DNA of 63,659 nt, filler included, from Lama guanicoe (taxonomy: Eukaryota): assembly GCA_013239625.1 (NCBI GenBank). It is 174 parts of 174 records of this genome, joined end to end, with 100 filler letters (N's around TTAATTAATTAA, not from the genome) between each part and the next. Parts side by side here need not be neighbours in the genome. Positions count along the whole stretch, not along the records: positions 1 to 266 come from PNXV01050852.1; positions 367 to 632 come from PNXV01050853.1; positions 733 to 998 come from PNXV01050854.1; positions 1,099 to 1,364 come from PNXV01050855.1; positions 1,465 to 1,730 come from PNXV01050856.1; positions 1,831 to 2,096 come from PNXV01050857.1; positions 2,197 to 2,462 come from PNXV01050858.1; positions 2,563 to 2,828 come from PNXV01050859.1; 166 more parts are not named here. One strand, 5' to 3'. Under the pieces are notes generated by a model. The model ran no database searches. It was not told the origin of the DNA and saw nothing but the letters and a program-made list of their open reading frames with translations. Shown in pieces: positions 1 through 10,512 of the stretch (positions are counted from its first letter, which is position 1; every line of letters begins with the position of its first letter). The translations under genes and the position numbers were made by a program.

Positions 1-99
1 CAAAATACTACAGTCAATTGTTTTTACTATATTTTAATCCTTTTCTTTTTTTCTTTCCTGATTTTCTAGGTTTCCTTCTTTTATCATCTATTTTTCTGT

Positions 100-266
100 T
101 TAAATATTTTTTTACTCATTCTTTGAGAGTATGTCATTTGGTGACAAATTATCTTAGTTTTTATGTATTCGAGAATGTTTTGATTGCTCCTTCATTCCTG
201 AAGAATATTTTCACTAGATTTTAGAAACATTCAGTTTGACAGTTCCTTACACCTAATACTTGGAAA
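100..266 (-). mobile_element. Old LINE-1 fragment (L1M-type, antisense)
   Basis: ttcattcctgaagaatattttcactagattttagaa resembles the antisense ORF1-region text of old mammalian L1; T-rich. Confidence 0.55.
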
Positions 267-732
267 NNNNNNNNNNNNNNNNNNNNNNNNNNNNNNNNNN
301 NNNNNNNNNNTTAATTAATTAANNNNNNNNNNNNNNNNNNNNNNNNNNNNNNNNNNNNNNNNNNNNAAAATCTTTTGTATCACAGAACAAAAACCAACAA
401 AAGACTTACTCTATTTTAATAATTCCTTTCTGTACTCTCTTTGGCTGCATCTTAACACCCAAATCTTGAGAGGTAAGTGATGTTCAGAACCCAGAAACCC
501 ATGGTACTATATACTCTTCAGAAATTGGTTTAGCTCCTTCCTGAGCCGCAGCTCATTTATCTGCCAAATGTGCTTTGTAGGGAAACAGAGCCGAGGCAAG
601 TGAGTGCTGAAAAGGGGAGATGCCTGTTCTCANNNNNNNNNNNNNNNNNNNNNNNNNNNNNNNNNNNNNNNNNNNNTTAATTAATTAANNNNNNNNNNNN
701 NNNNNNNNNNNNNNNNNNNNNNNNNNNNNNNN

Positions 733-998
733 CCATTTCTTAGAAGTGTCCATTTTATCAGCATGTAATTGTTCATAGTAATCTCTTATAATCCCTTGTA
801 TTTCTGTAATGTGGGTTACAACTTTTCTTTTCTCACTTATGATCTTATTGATTTGAGCCCTGTCTCTTTTTTTCTTGAGAAGTCTGGCTAAAGGTTTATC
901 AATTTTGTTTACCATTTAAAAGAACCAGCTCTTAGTCACATTGATCTTTTCTATATTTTTAGTCTCTATTTTCATTCATTTCTGCTCTGATCTTTATT
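733..998 (-). mobile_element. LINE-1 ORF2 fragment (between endonuclease and RT)
   Basis: Translation NKIDKPLARLLKKKRDRAQINKI...EIQGIIRDYYEQLHADK matches the L1 ORF2p motif KIDKPLARL...IIRDYYEQLYANK. Confidence 0.95.
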
Positions 999-1651
999 NN
1001 NNNNNNNNNNNNNNNNNNNNNNNNNNNNNNNNNNNNNNNNNNTTAATTAATTAANNNNNNNNNNNNNNNNNNNNNNNNNNNNNNNNNNNNNNNNNNNNAC
1101 CCAGTCCCGCTGGCCTGCGCGCTGGAGTCTATCAGGGCTGAGGGAGCACGTGTGTTTCCCGTGGACCGGACGTGGACTACATGGGAGCTGGAGCAGGAGC
1201 CAGGCTGGAGAGGGTGAGAGCATCTCAGGAGGGTGAAGCTGGAGATGACCGCCTGCCCTTCAGCTCAGGGAGGAGCCTTCAGCCACCAGCTGGGGAGAAG
1301 CATTTGCTGGCCTCTTGGAACTTGCAGCTAAGAGATGCCCAGCAATCAGGCCAGTGCAGGGGTCNNNNNNNNNNNNNNNNNNNNNNNNNNNNNNNNNNNN
1401 NNNNNNNNTTAATTAATTAANNNNNNNNNNNNNNNNNNNNNNNNNNNNNNNNNNNNNNNNNNNNGGGGGGGGATTGTCTTGTGTACTGTAAGGTGTCTGC
1501 AGCATCTTGCTACCCACTGGATGCAGCAGCAGTTCTCCCCGCTCGCCCTATTCCCTGGGTCCGCTCTCAGCGGAGAACCACTAGCTGCATTGTAAGGGTG
1601 CACCTCAGGCAAGACTGCAGACGGGCAGCAGTAACTGCAATGGATCTTGGG

Positions 1652-1730
1652 CGGGGTGGGAAGGGACAAACTGGGAGTTCTAGATTTGCAGATACTGACT
1701 GGTATGTATAAAATAGATAAACAAGTTTAT
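1652..1730 (+). mobile_element. LINE-1 3' UTR fragment (cetartiodactyl-type)
   Basis: gggtgggaagggacaaactgggagttctagatttgcagatactgactggtatgtataaaatagataaacaag; a related copy lies at 60240-60356. Confidence 0.8.
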
Positions 1731-1830
1731 NNNNNNNNNNNNNNNNNNNNNNNNNNNNNNNNNNNNNNNNNNNNTTAATTAATTAANNNNNNNNNNNNNN
1801 NNNNNNNNNNNNNNNNNNNNNNNNNNNNNN

Positions 1831-2096
1831 GGGGCAAACAAGATCATGATTTCAGGATTGTGCACACAGGCCACTGCCAACCGCTTTCCAGACCAAGGCC
1901 ACTGCGGCGAGCATCTGAAGGAATTCGCGGCTTCAGAAAGGCTGTGAGGCCGGCACGCAGGAGTGGGAGCCCCATTCCCGTCCTGGGGGTCCCTGGGTGC
2001 CCGGGCCCTGGCCTCCACCCCACCTCCTGCGCCACTACACCCCAGCCCCCGCATCGCCACTCCCCTACTCCCCGCGCCGAGCGAAGGCCGGCCCGC
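1831..2096. promoter_or_regulatory. CpG-rich, GC-rich fragment (likely CpG island edge)
   Basis: Many retained CpGs, rising toward the 3' end (cccgcgccgagcgaaggccggcccgc). Confidence 0.45.
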
Positions 2097-2610
2097 NNNN
2101 NNNNNNNNNNNNNNNNNNNNNNNNNNNNNNNNNNNNNNNNTTAATTAATTAANNNNNNNNNNNNNNNNNNNNNNNNNNNNNNNNNNNNNNNNNNNNTTTA
2201 ATTTCTCACCTCTTCCTTCTGCCACTCCCCTCCCCTGGAAGTTTCCTTTTTATCTTTATCTGCCTCTTTCCTTGAGACTTCACTCCAGATTCTCACTGGA
2301 GCCTCCCTTATCTACTCCCATGGCCATACCCCATCTCTATCCTCTACAGTCTCTTAGCCACGCTGCATATATGAGTTTACATGTCTTGCTACTTTTTCTG
2401 CCATTACCCCTCCATGGGCACAATCAACTGTAACACGCTCAGGGCAAAAATCACAACCTGTANNNNNNNNNNNNNNNNNNNNNNNNNNNNNNNNNNNNNN
2501 NNNNNNTTAATTAATTAANNNNNNNNNNNNNNNNNNNNNNNNNNNNNNNNNNNNNNNNNNNNACATTCTAAACCGGTTGTTCTGGCCGTGGTCTTAGGAC
2601 ATAAACTTAC

Positions 2611-2775
2611 CTTCCCCGCCTGCAGCGCACGGCACCCTGGCAAGGGCTCCCCGGTAAAGACGAGGTGGGCACACTTCTGTCTGCTCCATTGGTGATCTTG
2701 CACGGAGGATGGCATGGCCCTTGCAGCCTGCTGACACAGTTGCCTGCCCTTGGGTGTGTGTCGGACGTCCTTGCT
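2611..2775 (-). other. Candidate 165-nt internal exon, gene unknown, coding status unknown
   Basis: Minus-strand acceptor tctcttgtgttcttcgtgtttccag and consensus donor AAG|GTAAGT; length divisible by 3; no stop in any of the three sense frames; no protein recognised. Confidence 0.4.
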
Positions 2776-3294
2776 CTGGAAACACGAAGAACACAAGAGA
2801 TCTTTAGGGAAGGATTTTTTACTGATACNNNNNNNNNNNNNNNNNNNNNNNNNNNNNNNNNNNNNNNNNNNNTTAATTAATTAANNNNNNNNNNNNNNNN
2901 NNNNNNNNNNNNNNNNNNNNNNNNNNNNAGTTGTCCTGCAGCTCACTAAGGCTCTGTTTTTGCTGCTGTTGTTGTTTAGTTTTGTTTTAATTCTCTCTTC
3001 TTTCTGGGTTACATTTTGGATAGTTTTATTTTGCTATATTTTCAAGTTTACTTGTATTTCTTTATAACGTCTAATAGCTATTAATCTCATCCAATGTGTT
3101 TTTTAACACACTGTAAGCTTCATCTCTGGAAATTTGACTTAGATTCTTGTTATGCCTCTACTTAACTTTTTGAACACATGAAATATAATTATCANNNNNN
3201 NNNNNNNNNNNNNNNNNNNNNNNNNNNNNNNNNNNNNNTTAATTAATTAANNNNNNNNNNNNNNNNNNNNNNNNNNNNNNNNNNNNNNNNNNNN

Positions 3295-3520
3295 AAGGAC
3301 TTACTGGCATCATAAACTTAACAAGTCCAAACCAGAACTCACTAATTCTCCTTAACAAACCTCCTCTGCCTACAGTATTCCTCCTCTAATAATGGCACCA
3401 CCATGTCCCTAAGCTAGAAGCCTTGCAATGAACAAACTTCCCCATACCACATCACCAAGTCCTGTCTCATAATCTCTCCCAAATCCATATCCCACCTCTT
3501 AAGCCTCTTATCCTGTAAGA
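3295..3520 (+). mobile_element. LINE-2 (L2) fragment
   Basis: catcataaacttaacaagtccaaaccagaactc...aatggcaccaccat resembles the L2 consensus catctcaaactcaacatgtccaaaactgaactc. Confidence 0.75.
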
Positions 3521-5124
3521 CCTCATCATCCTTTGCATCCCATACCTGCCATGATGAAAANNNNNNNNNNNNNNNNNNNNNNNNNNNNNNNNNNNNNNNN
3601 NNNNTTAATTAATTAANNNNNNNNNNNNNNNNNNNNNNNNNNNNNNNNNNNNNNNNNNNNATAGCTTCTATTAAGTCCATTTTGTAGAATTCTTATTCTG
3701 ATTAAAAAATGCGGTCATTACTAACACTATGTGGTTCATTTTGAAAATACTTAAAAAGAAAACGTTGAGTTAGAGATTTTGAACTTAAAGGTTACATAAC
3801 CTTGACGATTTTCCTACCCTCCAAAGTGCATACCCACTATACACTTTTTCCCCAAGGAAACATCTAGTTAATACTTTACTCTTTTTTTCATCTGCATCCT
3901 GTGTGGTTGCACAGGAAACATACACANNNNNNNNNNNNNNNNNNNNNNNNNNNNNNNNNNNNNNNNNNNNTTAATTAATTAANNNNNNNNNNNNNNNNNN
4001 NNNNNNNNNNNNNNNNNNNNNNNNNNGGAGAGAGAGGGGCACTCCAGAAACACGGAACAGCAGGGGCTGCCCAGAACGTGATTCCCTGCTGCCACAGTGC
4101 GTGTGGCCGGGGAGATGGGGAGCAGGAAGGAACAGGGAGCTGCGAAACGGAATCTGCAGAGCAAACAGCACCAGGGGCTTCAGTTCACAGTGAGGGGCCT
4201 GAACTGTGAATCCCTCCTCTGCGCTTCGAGCAGACACTGATGCGGCTGCCCTTCAAATACCTCCAAGGTCACCCAGATGCCACTGAGTCCCTNNNNNNNN
4301 NNNNNNNNNNNNNNNNNNNNNNNNNNNNNNNNNNNNTTAATTAATTAANNNNNNNNNNNNNNNNNNNNNNNNNNNNNNNNNNNNNNNNNNNNAACGTGTG
4401 CTAAGTGCTAGGGTCTGTGTGGGCTTCTTAAACCCCTGTTCCCATGCCAACAGGTAGAGTCTGTGGCCCTGTCTGTTGATTTCTAAGTCAGTATAGGGAT
4501 CTGACAAGAACCATGTCCCAAAGGGAAAGTGCCCCGGCCCCCAGTGAGGTCAGAGTGCCCTGGGAGCTGAGAGGAAGTGTGACCCCCCGATGGGCAGAGG
4601 CAGGGAAGTCCTCTTGGAGGAAGAGGTGTTTGCAGCTGGTCTCGTCTAGGGGAGGATTNNNNNNNNNNNNNNNNNNNNNNNNNNNNNNNNNNNNNNNNNN
4701 NNTTAATTAATTAANNNNNNNNNNNNNNNNNNNNNNNNNNNNNNNNNNNNNNNNNNNNGGGGGGGGGTTCCTGTTATATTTAGTGAAACCTAATCCTAAC
4801 AGATATAATTGGTTATAGATGGAAATCTGAAGTTGGACTCATCCTCGAAATTTTTTTTTTTTACAAATGCAAGCCCTACACATTTGGGATTGTTTAGACT
4901 TTATAAAAACTCAAAGCTCTCTGTTTAATGGCACATCTTGGGACAAGGAGCAAGAAAAGGAACAGGCCTGCTATCGCTGTGTAGACAGTCCTAAATACAG
5001 CAATTGTAAGTGACAAACAAAAGCNNNNNNNNNNNNNNNNNNNNNNNNNNNNNNNNNNNNNNNNNNNNTTAATTAATTAANNNNNNNNNNNNNNNNNNNN
5101 NNNNNNNNNNNNNNNNNNNNNNNN

Positions 5125-5226
5125 GGGGGGGTAGGTTTATTTATTTTAATGGAGGTACCAGAGGTTGAATCCAGGACCTTGTGTTGCTAATCACGTGCTC
5201 TGCCACTGAGCTACACCCTTCTCCCC
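5125..5226 (-). mobile_element. tRNA-derived camelid SINE (Vic-1-like), near full length
   Basis: Reverse complement GGGGAGAAGGGTGTAGCTCAGTGGCAGAGC...GTCCTGGATTCAACC...TACCTCCATTAAAATAAATAAACCTA has Pol III A and B boxes and an A-rich tail. Confidence 0.85.
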
Positions 5227-5626
5227 AAAGGTGATGAACATCTTGATGTGAATTGATAAGTTGCAGGTTTTTTTATCCTCAAAGAGGAAAACTCCTGTTG
5301 TCAAGGAGACGGGACCCGATTCCTTGGGAAACTGGAATAGGTCTTTGCTCCTCCCCATTTATAAGAAATCATCACTTTACCATGAGCTGCNNNNNNNNNN
5401 NNNNNNNNNNNNNNNNNNNNNNNNNNNNNNNNNNTTAATTAATTAANNNNNNNNNNNNNNNNNNNNNNNNNNNNNNNNNNNNNNNNNNNNAGATGGGTGT
5501 GGAATTTCTTCTTTAGTTGCATCCTATCCGGTATTGCTATTAAGATTACATTTTTTAAATGACTGAAGAAGAATTTCATCCTTTTCTAAAGTCTGAAGGT
5601 ATCTGCATAATACAGGAAATAATCTA

Positions 5627-5755
5627 GTTTTTATTTTTTATTATTTTTATTTTTTTTTTTACCTTTTATTTTTGTGGGGGGAGGGAAGTAATTAGGTTTG
5701 TTTGTTTGTTTTGGAGGAGGTACTGGGGATTGAACCCAGGACCTTGTGCATGCCA
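5627..5755 (-). mobile_element. Vic-1-like SINE, 3' part and A tail
   Basis: gtaattaggtttgtttgtttgttttggaggaggtactggggattgaacccaggaccttgtgcatgc; B box GGTTCAATCC on the minus strand; T-rich tail. Confidence 0.85.
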
Positions 5756-6249
5756 NNNNNNNNNNNNNNNNNNNNNNNNNNNNNNNNNNNNNNNNNNNNT
5801 TAATTAATTAANNNNNNNNNNNNNNNNNNNNNNNNNNNNNNNNNNNNNNNNNNNNGGTGCGTCTGAATCCATCAGAGTTTCTTTCGAATTGTAGGAGCCC
5901 TGCCGTTATCTCAGGAGAGGACGTGGAGAGCCGTGATCAGCAGGCACGTGCCTGTAGCATCCCTCAGAAGTGGTGGGGCAGAGGCAGAAAGTTGAGATGT
6001 AAGATGTGGAAATAATCAGGAGTGCTTTATATGAATGGGTTAATATACATATATTGAGAAGGAAAAAAGATAGTTTGTGGGAGAAAGAAAATCTTATCCC
6101 AAATAGAGAGTTGGGAGGTGANNNNNNNNNNNNNNNNNNNNNNNNNNNNNNNNNNNNNNNNNNNNTTAATTAATTAANNNNNNNNNNNNNNNNNNNNNNN
6201 NNNNNNNNNNNNNNNNNNNNNCACAGGGCCCCTTCAGCAGGGATACAAC

Positions 6250-6380
6250 CATCTCCGCTCAGTCCTCACTCTCCACGTAAGAACTGAAGCCAAGGTTAAC
6301 CCGCGAGCCAAAGGCCACGCGAGCAGGACTGGCAGAGCCAGGATGAGAATCCGGGTCCGATTCTCAAACCACCAGGCTGC
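6250..6380 (-). mobile_element. Degenerate MIR SINE
   Basis: gaactgaagccaaggttaacccgcgagccaaaggccacgcgagc...ggcagagccaggatgagaatcc follows the antisense MIR core layout. Confidence 0.5.
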
Positions 6381-6587
6381 GCCAACTAGAGCCGCCCGTG
6401 AACCGCACTGCTCTCCAGGATTTTAAGGTTTGTAACGCTCCTAAGAAAGATGTAGAAAACCTCAGTTGTTCTGAAGTAGTAATAATANNNNNNNNNNNNN
6501 NNNNNNNNNNNNNNNNNNNNNNNNNNNNNNNTTAATTAATTAANNNNNNNNNNNNNNNNNNNNNNNNNNNNNNNNNNNNNNNNNNNN

Positions 6588-6800
6588 TGAAGTCCCCAAA
6601 CGCCGGCGCGGCGCCGGGAGAGCCCGGGCGCGAGCCTGCCGCCGCCCCGCCCCCAGCCGCGCGCGCGTGCGCGCCACAGCCAGCGCCCGCCTGGGTTAGT
6701 CCGCTCTCCCCGCTGCTCCTGCAGCGGGAACCAGAGCCCGTTAGGTTTCCACTCACCTCCGGTAGATGCAGACGGTTGGGTTTTTTGTTTGGTTTGGTTT
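6588..6800 (-). promoter_or_regulatory. CpG island fragment with a consensus splice donor (probable 5' exon/intron boundary)
   Basis: Very CpG-dense 6600-6740 with GC boxes (ccccgcccc); minus-strand GAG|GTGAGT with GTGAGT at 6751-6756. Confidence 0.55.
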
Positions 6801-7374
6801 TACACATAAAGACAGTCAGCCAGTTGACCTAACACACTTGCTGCCACGTGTTTNNNNNNNNNNNNNNNNNNNNNNNNNNNNNNNNNNNNNNNNNNNNTTA
6901 ATTAATTAANNNNNNNNNNNNNNNNNNNNNNNNNNNNNNNNNNNNNNNNNNNNTTTTAGCAAGTTTGTTTGTGGCTTTATCTTGGCTTTTAATTATCAGT
7001 TTGGCTGGTCTTCTGGTCACAGAGCTAACTATGAAACAGATTTCCAGGCCTCTAGGATCGTAAAGTGCTATGCTGTCTTCTCTATGGTTATGAATATTTA
7101 TTAAGATTGGGATGACATTTCATTGATTGTTTATTAGATCACAGCTCAGTTCCTGTAGAAAACGAACTGTAAAACTATCTGAAGACCATTGCAAGAGGCA
7201 AAATAAAACTTGAAGTGAANNNNNNNNNNNNNNNNNNNNNNNNNNNNNNNNNNNNNNNNNNNNTTAATTAATTAANNNNNNNNNNNNNNNNNNNNNNNNN
7301 NNNNNNNNNNNNNNNNNNNCCCTATAATTGTTCGTTTTTCTAAACTATTTGTCTAGCCTCATGTATTCCTTTAT

Positions 7375-7545
7375 CGATAAGAACTGTAGAACCAGCCTGT
7401 CAATCTTCACTAAAAATCCTGTTGGAATTCTGATTGAGATTGTCTTGAATTTATAGATTAACTTTGGAGAAATGGTATATTTATAATATTGAGTCTGGAA
7501 ACATATCAGGCTTTTCCATGTAGGTCTTCCTTTATTAACTTCAAT
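7375..7545 (-). mobile_element. Old LINE-1 ORF2 fragment (after RT)
   Basis: Translation TISPKLIYKFKTISIRIPTGFLVKIDRLVLQF matches L1 ORF2p LPKLIYRFNAIPIKIPxxFFxELEKxILKF. Confidence 0.85.
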
Positions 7546-7922
7546 AAGGTTCTCTAGGTTTGAAAACAGCCCCACAGTTAACTTCNNNNNNNNNNNNNNN
7601 NNNNNNNNNNNNNNNNNNNNNNNNNNNNNTTAATTAATTAANNNNNNNNNNNNNNNNNNNNNNNNNNNNNNNNNNNNNNNNNNNNCCAAGGTCACAGGAA
7701 GTCACCGGGGAGGAGTGGGCTCCACGTGGTGTCAGCACCTGGAGCCTGAGCTCCCCCTCATCACCAGGCTGCTGCAGAGATGTTTGGGGGGCAGACCCCC
7801 CTCTTGTGATTTAGCAGCAGCTTTGGGGTGAATGTGGACCCAGGATGGCACTTGGTTTCCGTCTCTGTGGGGGTTAAAGGAAGCCACTCTGTGAACCTCC
7901 TTTATTTGAATTGGGCCCCCCA

Positions 7923-7951
7923 CCCCCCCCCCCCCCCCCCCCCCCCCCCCC
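7923..7951. repeat. Poly-C run (29 nt) at a contig end
   Basis: Directly visible; terminal position suggests a sequencing or assembly artefact. Confidence 0.9.
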
Positions 7952-8644
7952 NNNNNNNNNNNNNNNNNNNNNNNNNNNNNNNNNNNNNNNNNNNNTTAAT
8001 TAATTAANNNNNNNNNNNNNNNNNNNNNNNNNNNNNNNNNNNNNNNNNNNNAGCGAGAGGGAGACAGGGCTGCAGGTGAGGGAGGGGTCGGGGAGTCCAC
8101 GAACACCGAAAACGGTGCCTGAGTCACGAGCAACGTTTGTGCGTCTGTCTTTGACTCGTGATGTTATAGCAAGGATGGGAGACCCATCAGAATGAGACAC
8201 AACCTATGAGGATGATCACAAAGGAAAACAGATGGCACCTGGAACAGGAAGGTTCAGTCAGCAGTGCCCCCTTTGCAGAACCCCCCTCTCTCTGCTTTGC
8301 CCCTTGGCTTCCTCCCTNNNNNNNNNNNNNNNNNNNNNNNNNNNNNNNNNNNNNNNNNNNNTTAATTAATTAANNNNNNNNNNNNNNNNNNNNNNNNNNN
8401 NNNNNNNNNNNNNNNNNCAGTGGTCAGCAGATAAAGATGCCCTGTCCCCAGGAAGCTTATAGTTGAACCCAGACTTTAATTCTCTTTGTTTAATAATACA
8501 AGCATATCTATATACAGATAGATAGACAGGTGTGTGACTGTAGATATGGCTGTTTTTTGTAAATTTTGCTATAGAGTCATATTCCCATTATTGTGTAAAT
8601 CTCTACTGTATAATGTTGAATCATGGAGAATTGCTGATATTCAG

Positions 8645-8683
8645 GATCAACACAGGATCAACCCAAAGAGGAACACACCAAGG
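8645..8683 (+). mobile_element. LINE-1 ORF1 start of insertion
   Basis: HRINPKRNTPR motif, as in the ORF1 fragment at 43576-43842 (HRINPKMKTPR). Confidence 0.75.
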
Positions 8684-8783
8684 NNNNNNNNNNNNNNNNN
8701 NNNNNNNNNNNNNNNNNNNNNNNNNNNTTAATTAATTAANNNNNNNNNNNNNNNNNNNNNNNNNNNNNNNNNNNNNNNNNNNN

Positions 8784-9048
8784 CCGGCACTAGGAAACAG
8801 ACTGAGAAACAGAGTAAGTGTTTCACCTGCAATATGTTCCTTTGTGCTAGATGAACGAAATTCTCACCAGATGTTCAGTTTGGAGAGTTAAGCGTGTGTG
8901 AATGCCGTCTTTCACCTAACTTGTTAGGAACACAAAGTTCTCCTCACTTGCAAACTACACTACATACATATATATGGGGAGGTACAAGCTCCATCTCATT
9001 TTTACAGTGAAAACTTCAGGAACTTCAAATCGGCAGTAGGAATCCGAC
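8784..9048 (-). repeat. Satellite DNA monomer, 246-bp period (family A)
   Basis: cggcactaggaaacagac (8785) recurs as cggcagtaggaatccgac (9031); the reverse complement aligns with 31474-31739. Confidence 0.85.
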
Positions 9049-9148
9049 NNNNNNNNNNNNNNNNNNNNNNNNNNNNNNNNNNNNNNNNNNNNTTAATTAA
9101 TTAANNNNNNNNNNNNNNNNNNNNNNNNNNNNNNNNNNNNNNNNNNNN

Positions 9149-9196
9149 TGAAACTAACACAATATTGTAAATCAACTATACTTCAATTAAAAAAAG
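9149..9196 (+). mobile_element. LINE-1 3' terminus with A tail
   Basis: tgaaactaacacaatattgtaaatcaactatacttcaattaaaaaaa is a typical laurasiatherian L1 3' end. Confidence 0.85.
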
Positions 9197-9880
9197 ATTT
9201 TGTGAAAGATCAAATCTTGGTTCATATTTGAGGTCTTCTGTTTCCCTTGAAAATATTCAAACAAGTACCCAAATATCAAGAAAAGGAAGCTTTTCACCCT
9301 TTTGCTTATTGGGATCTAAGATAAGAACCACCTCTGCCAACAATGATGACACAATAACTTGACAACAGCTGTAGCTGGGGATGTAATCAAAACACTGCTC
9401 AAACTATTTAACAANNNNNNNNNNNNNNNNNNNNNNNNNNNNNNNNNNNNNNNNNNNNTTAATTAATTAANNNNNNNNNNNNNNNNNNNNNNNNNNNNNN
9501 NNNNNNNNNNNNNNGCGATGCCTTGGGGAAAGCGCGTTGCTATGTTGGCTCCAACAACCTGAGCCTTGACTGTAAGTTCTCGGTTCCTCTGTTCACAAGT
9601 GGTCGCATCTAACATAGAAAACCAGCCGCAGCTCTGACTCTGTCCTAAATCTGGTACTCCGGCTCACCCAGCTCTCCTCAGCTTTCTGAGTTTCACTTTT
9701 CCCTGAGAGTTTTAAGCACAGAATAGTGTAAGAAAAATAGAACAAGTGTTCACGTATTCAAATTCCAGTGTCATTTTTTTNNNNNNNNNNNNNNNNNNNN
9801 NNNNNNNNNNNNNNNNNNNNNNNNTTAATTAATTAANNNNNNNNNNNNNNNNNNNNNNNNNNNNNNNNNNNNNNNNNNNN

Positions 9881-10146
9881 ACCGGGCCGCTGGCCTGACC
9901 AACAGCGGTGATTAAACCTAAACCGAAAATGAAACCCGGTGAAAGATCCGTCGAGTGCTCCCGGGTCGAGGGCCGGGCGGGCCGTTCAGTGTCGGGATGA
10001 CCCTCGGACTGGATACCCGGGGGACCCCGCCCCGTCCCTGGGGATGGGGATCGTGACCTGTACCCGGGCCCGCGTCGCTCAGCGGCCTCGCTCTGGATGT
10101 AGCAGCCGCGCAGGGTGTTCAGGCCCACTCGGAAAATCTGTGCGTC
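9881..10146. promoter_or_regulatory. CpG island fragment with an ISRE/IRF-like element at 9921-9935
   Basis: CpG-dense; AACCGAAAATGAAAC fits GAAANNGAAA, with a further GAAA at 9941. Confidence 0.45.
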
Positions 10147-10246
10147 NNNNNNNNNNNNNNNNNNNNNNNNNNNNNNNNNNNNNNNNNNNNTTAATTAATT
10201 AANNNNNNNNNNNNNNNNNNNNNNNNNNNNNNNNNNNNNNNNNNNN

Positions 10247-10512
10247 GAATTCAGGCAAACAGATATTTTCCAGAATGAAGAGGGTAGTGAGTTTGGTACA
10301 AGCTCATGAATGGCATTTTGTCAAAAACTATGCACATCAACATGATAAATAAATAAACCAATTGACTCAACTATTCCACTACTGGGAAATCATACTTGGA
10401 ATATTACAAAAATACTTCATTGAAGAACTGTTTGTCATAGAGAAAGACTGAGGAAAACATGAAGAGGACTGGATACATCAGTGTCAGTGTATCTTCATCA
10501 AGAAGTTAAGCA
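10247..10512 (+). mobile_element. Old LINE-1 (L1ME-like) ORF2 end/3' UTR
   Basis: tgactcaactattccactactgggaaat...actgtttgtcatagagaaagactg resembles the L1 'DPAIPLLGIYP...ALFVIAKNW' region. Confidence 0.6.

Noticed and set aside
5151..5226. tRNA gene
   Set aside because: A and B boxes are present, but the copies are diverged and carry a SINE-specific A-rich tail.
7923..7951. G-quadruplex or i-motif element
   Set aside because: A pure homopolymer at a contig end; many contigs here end in homopolymers, so its length is unreliable.
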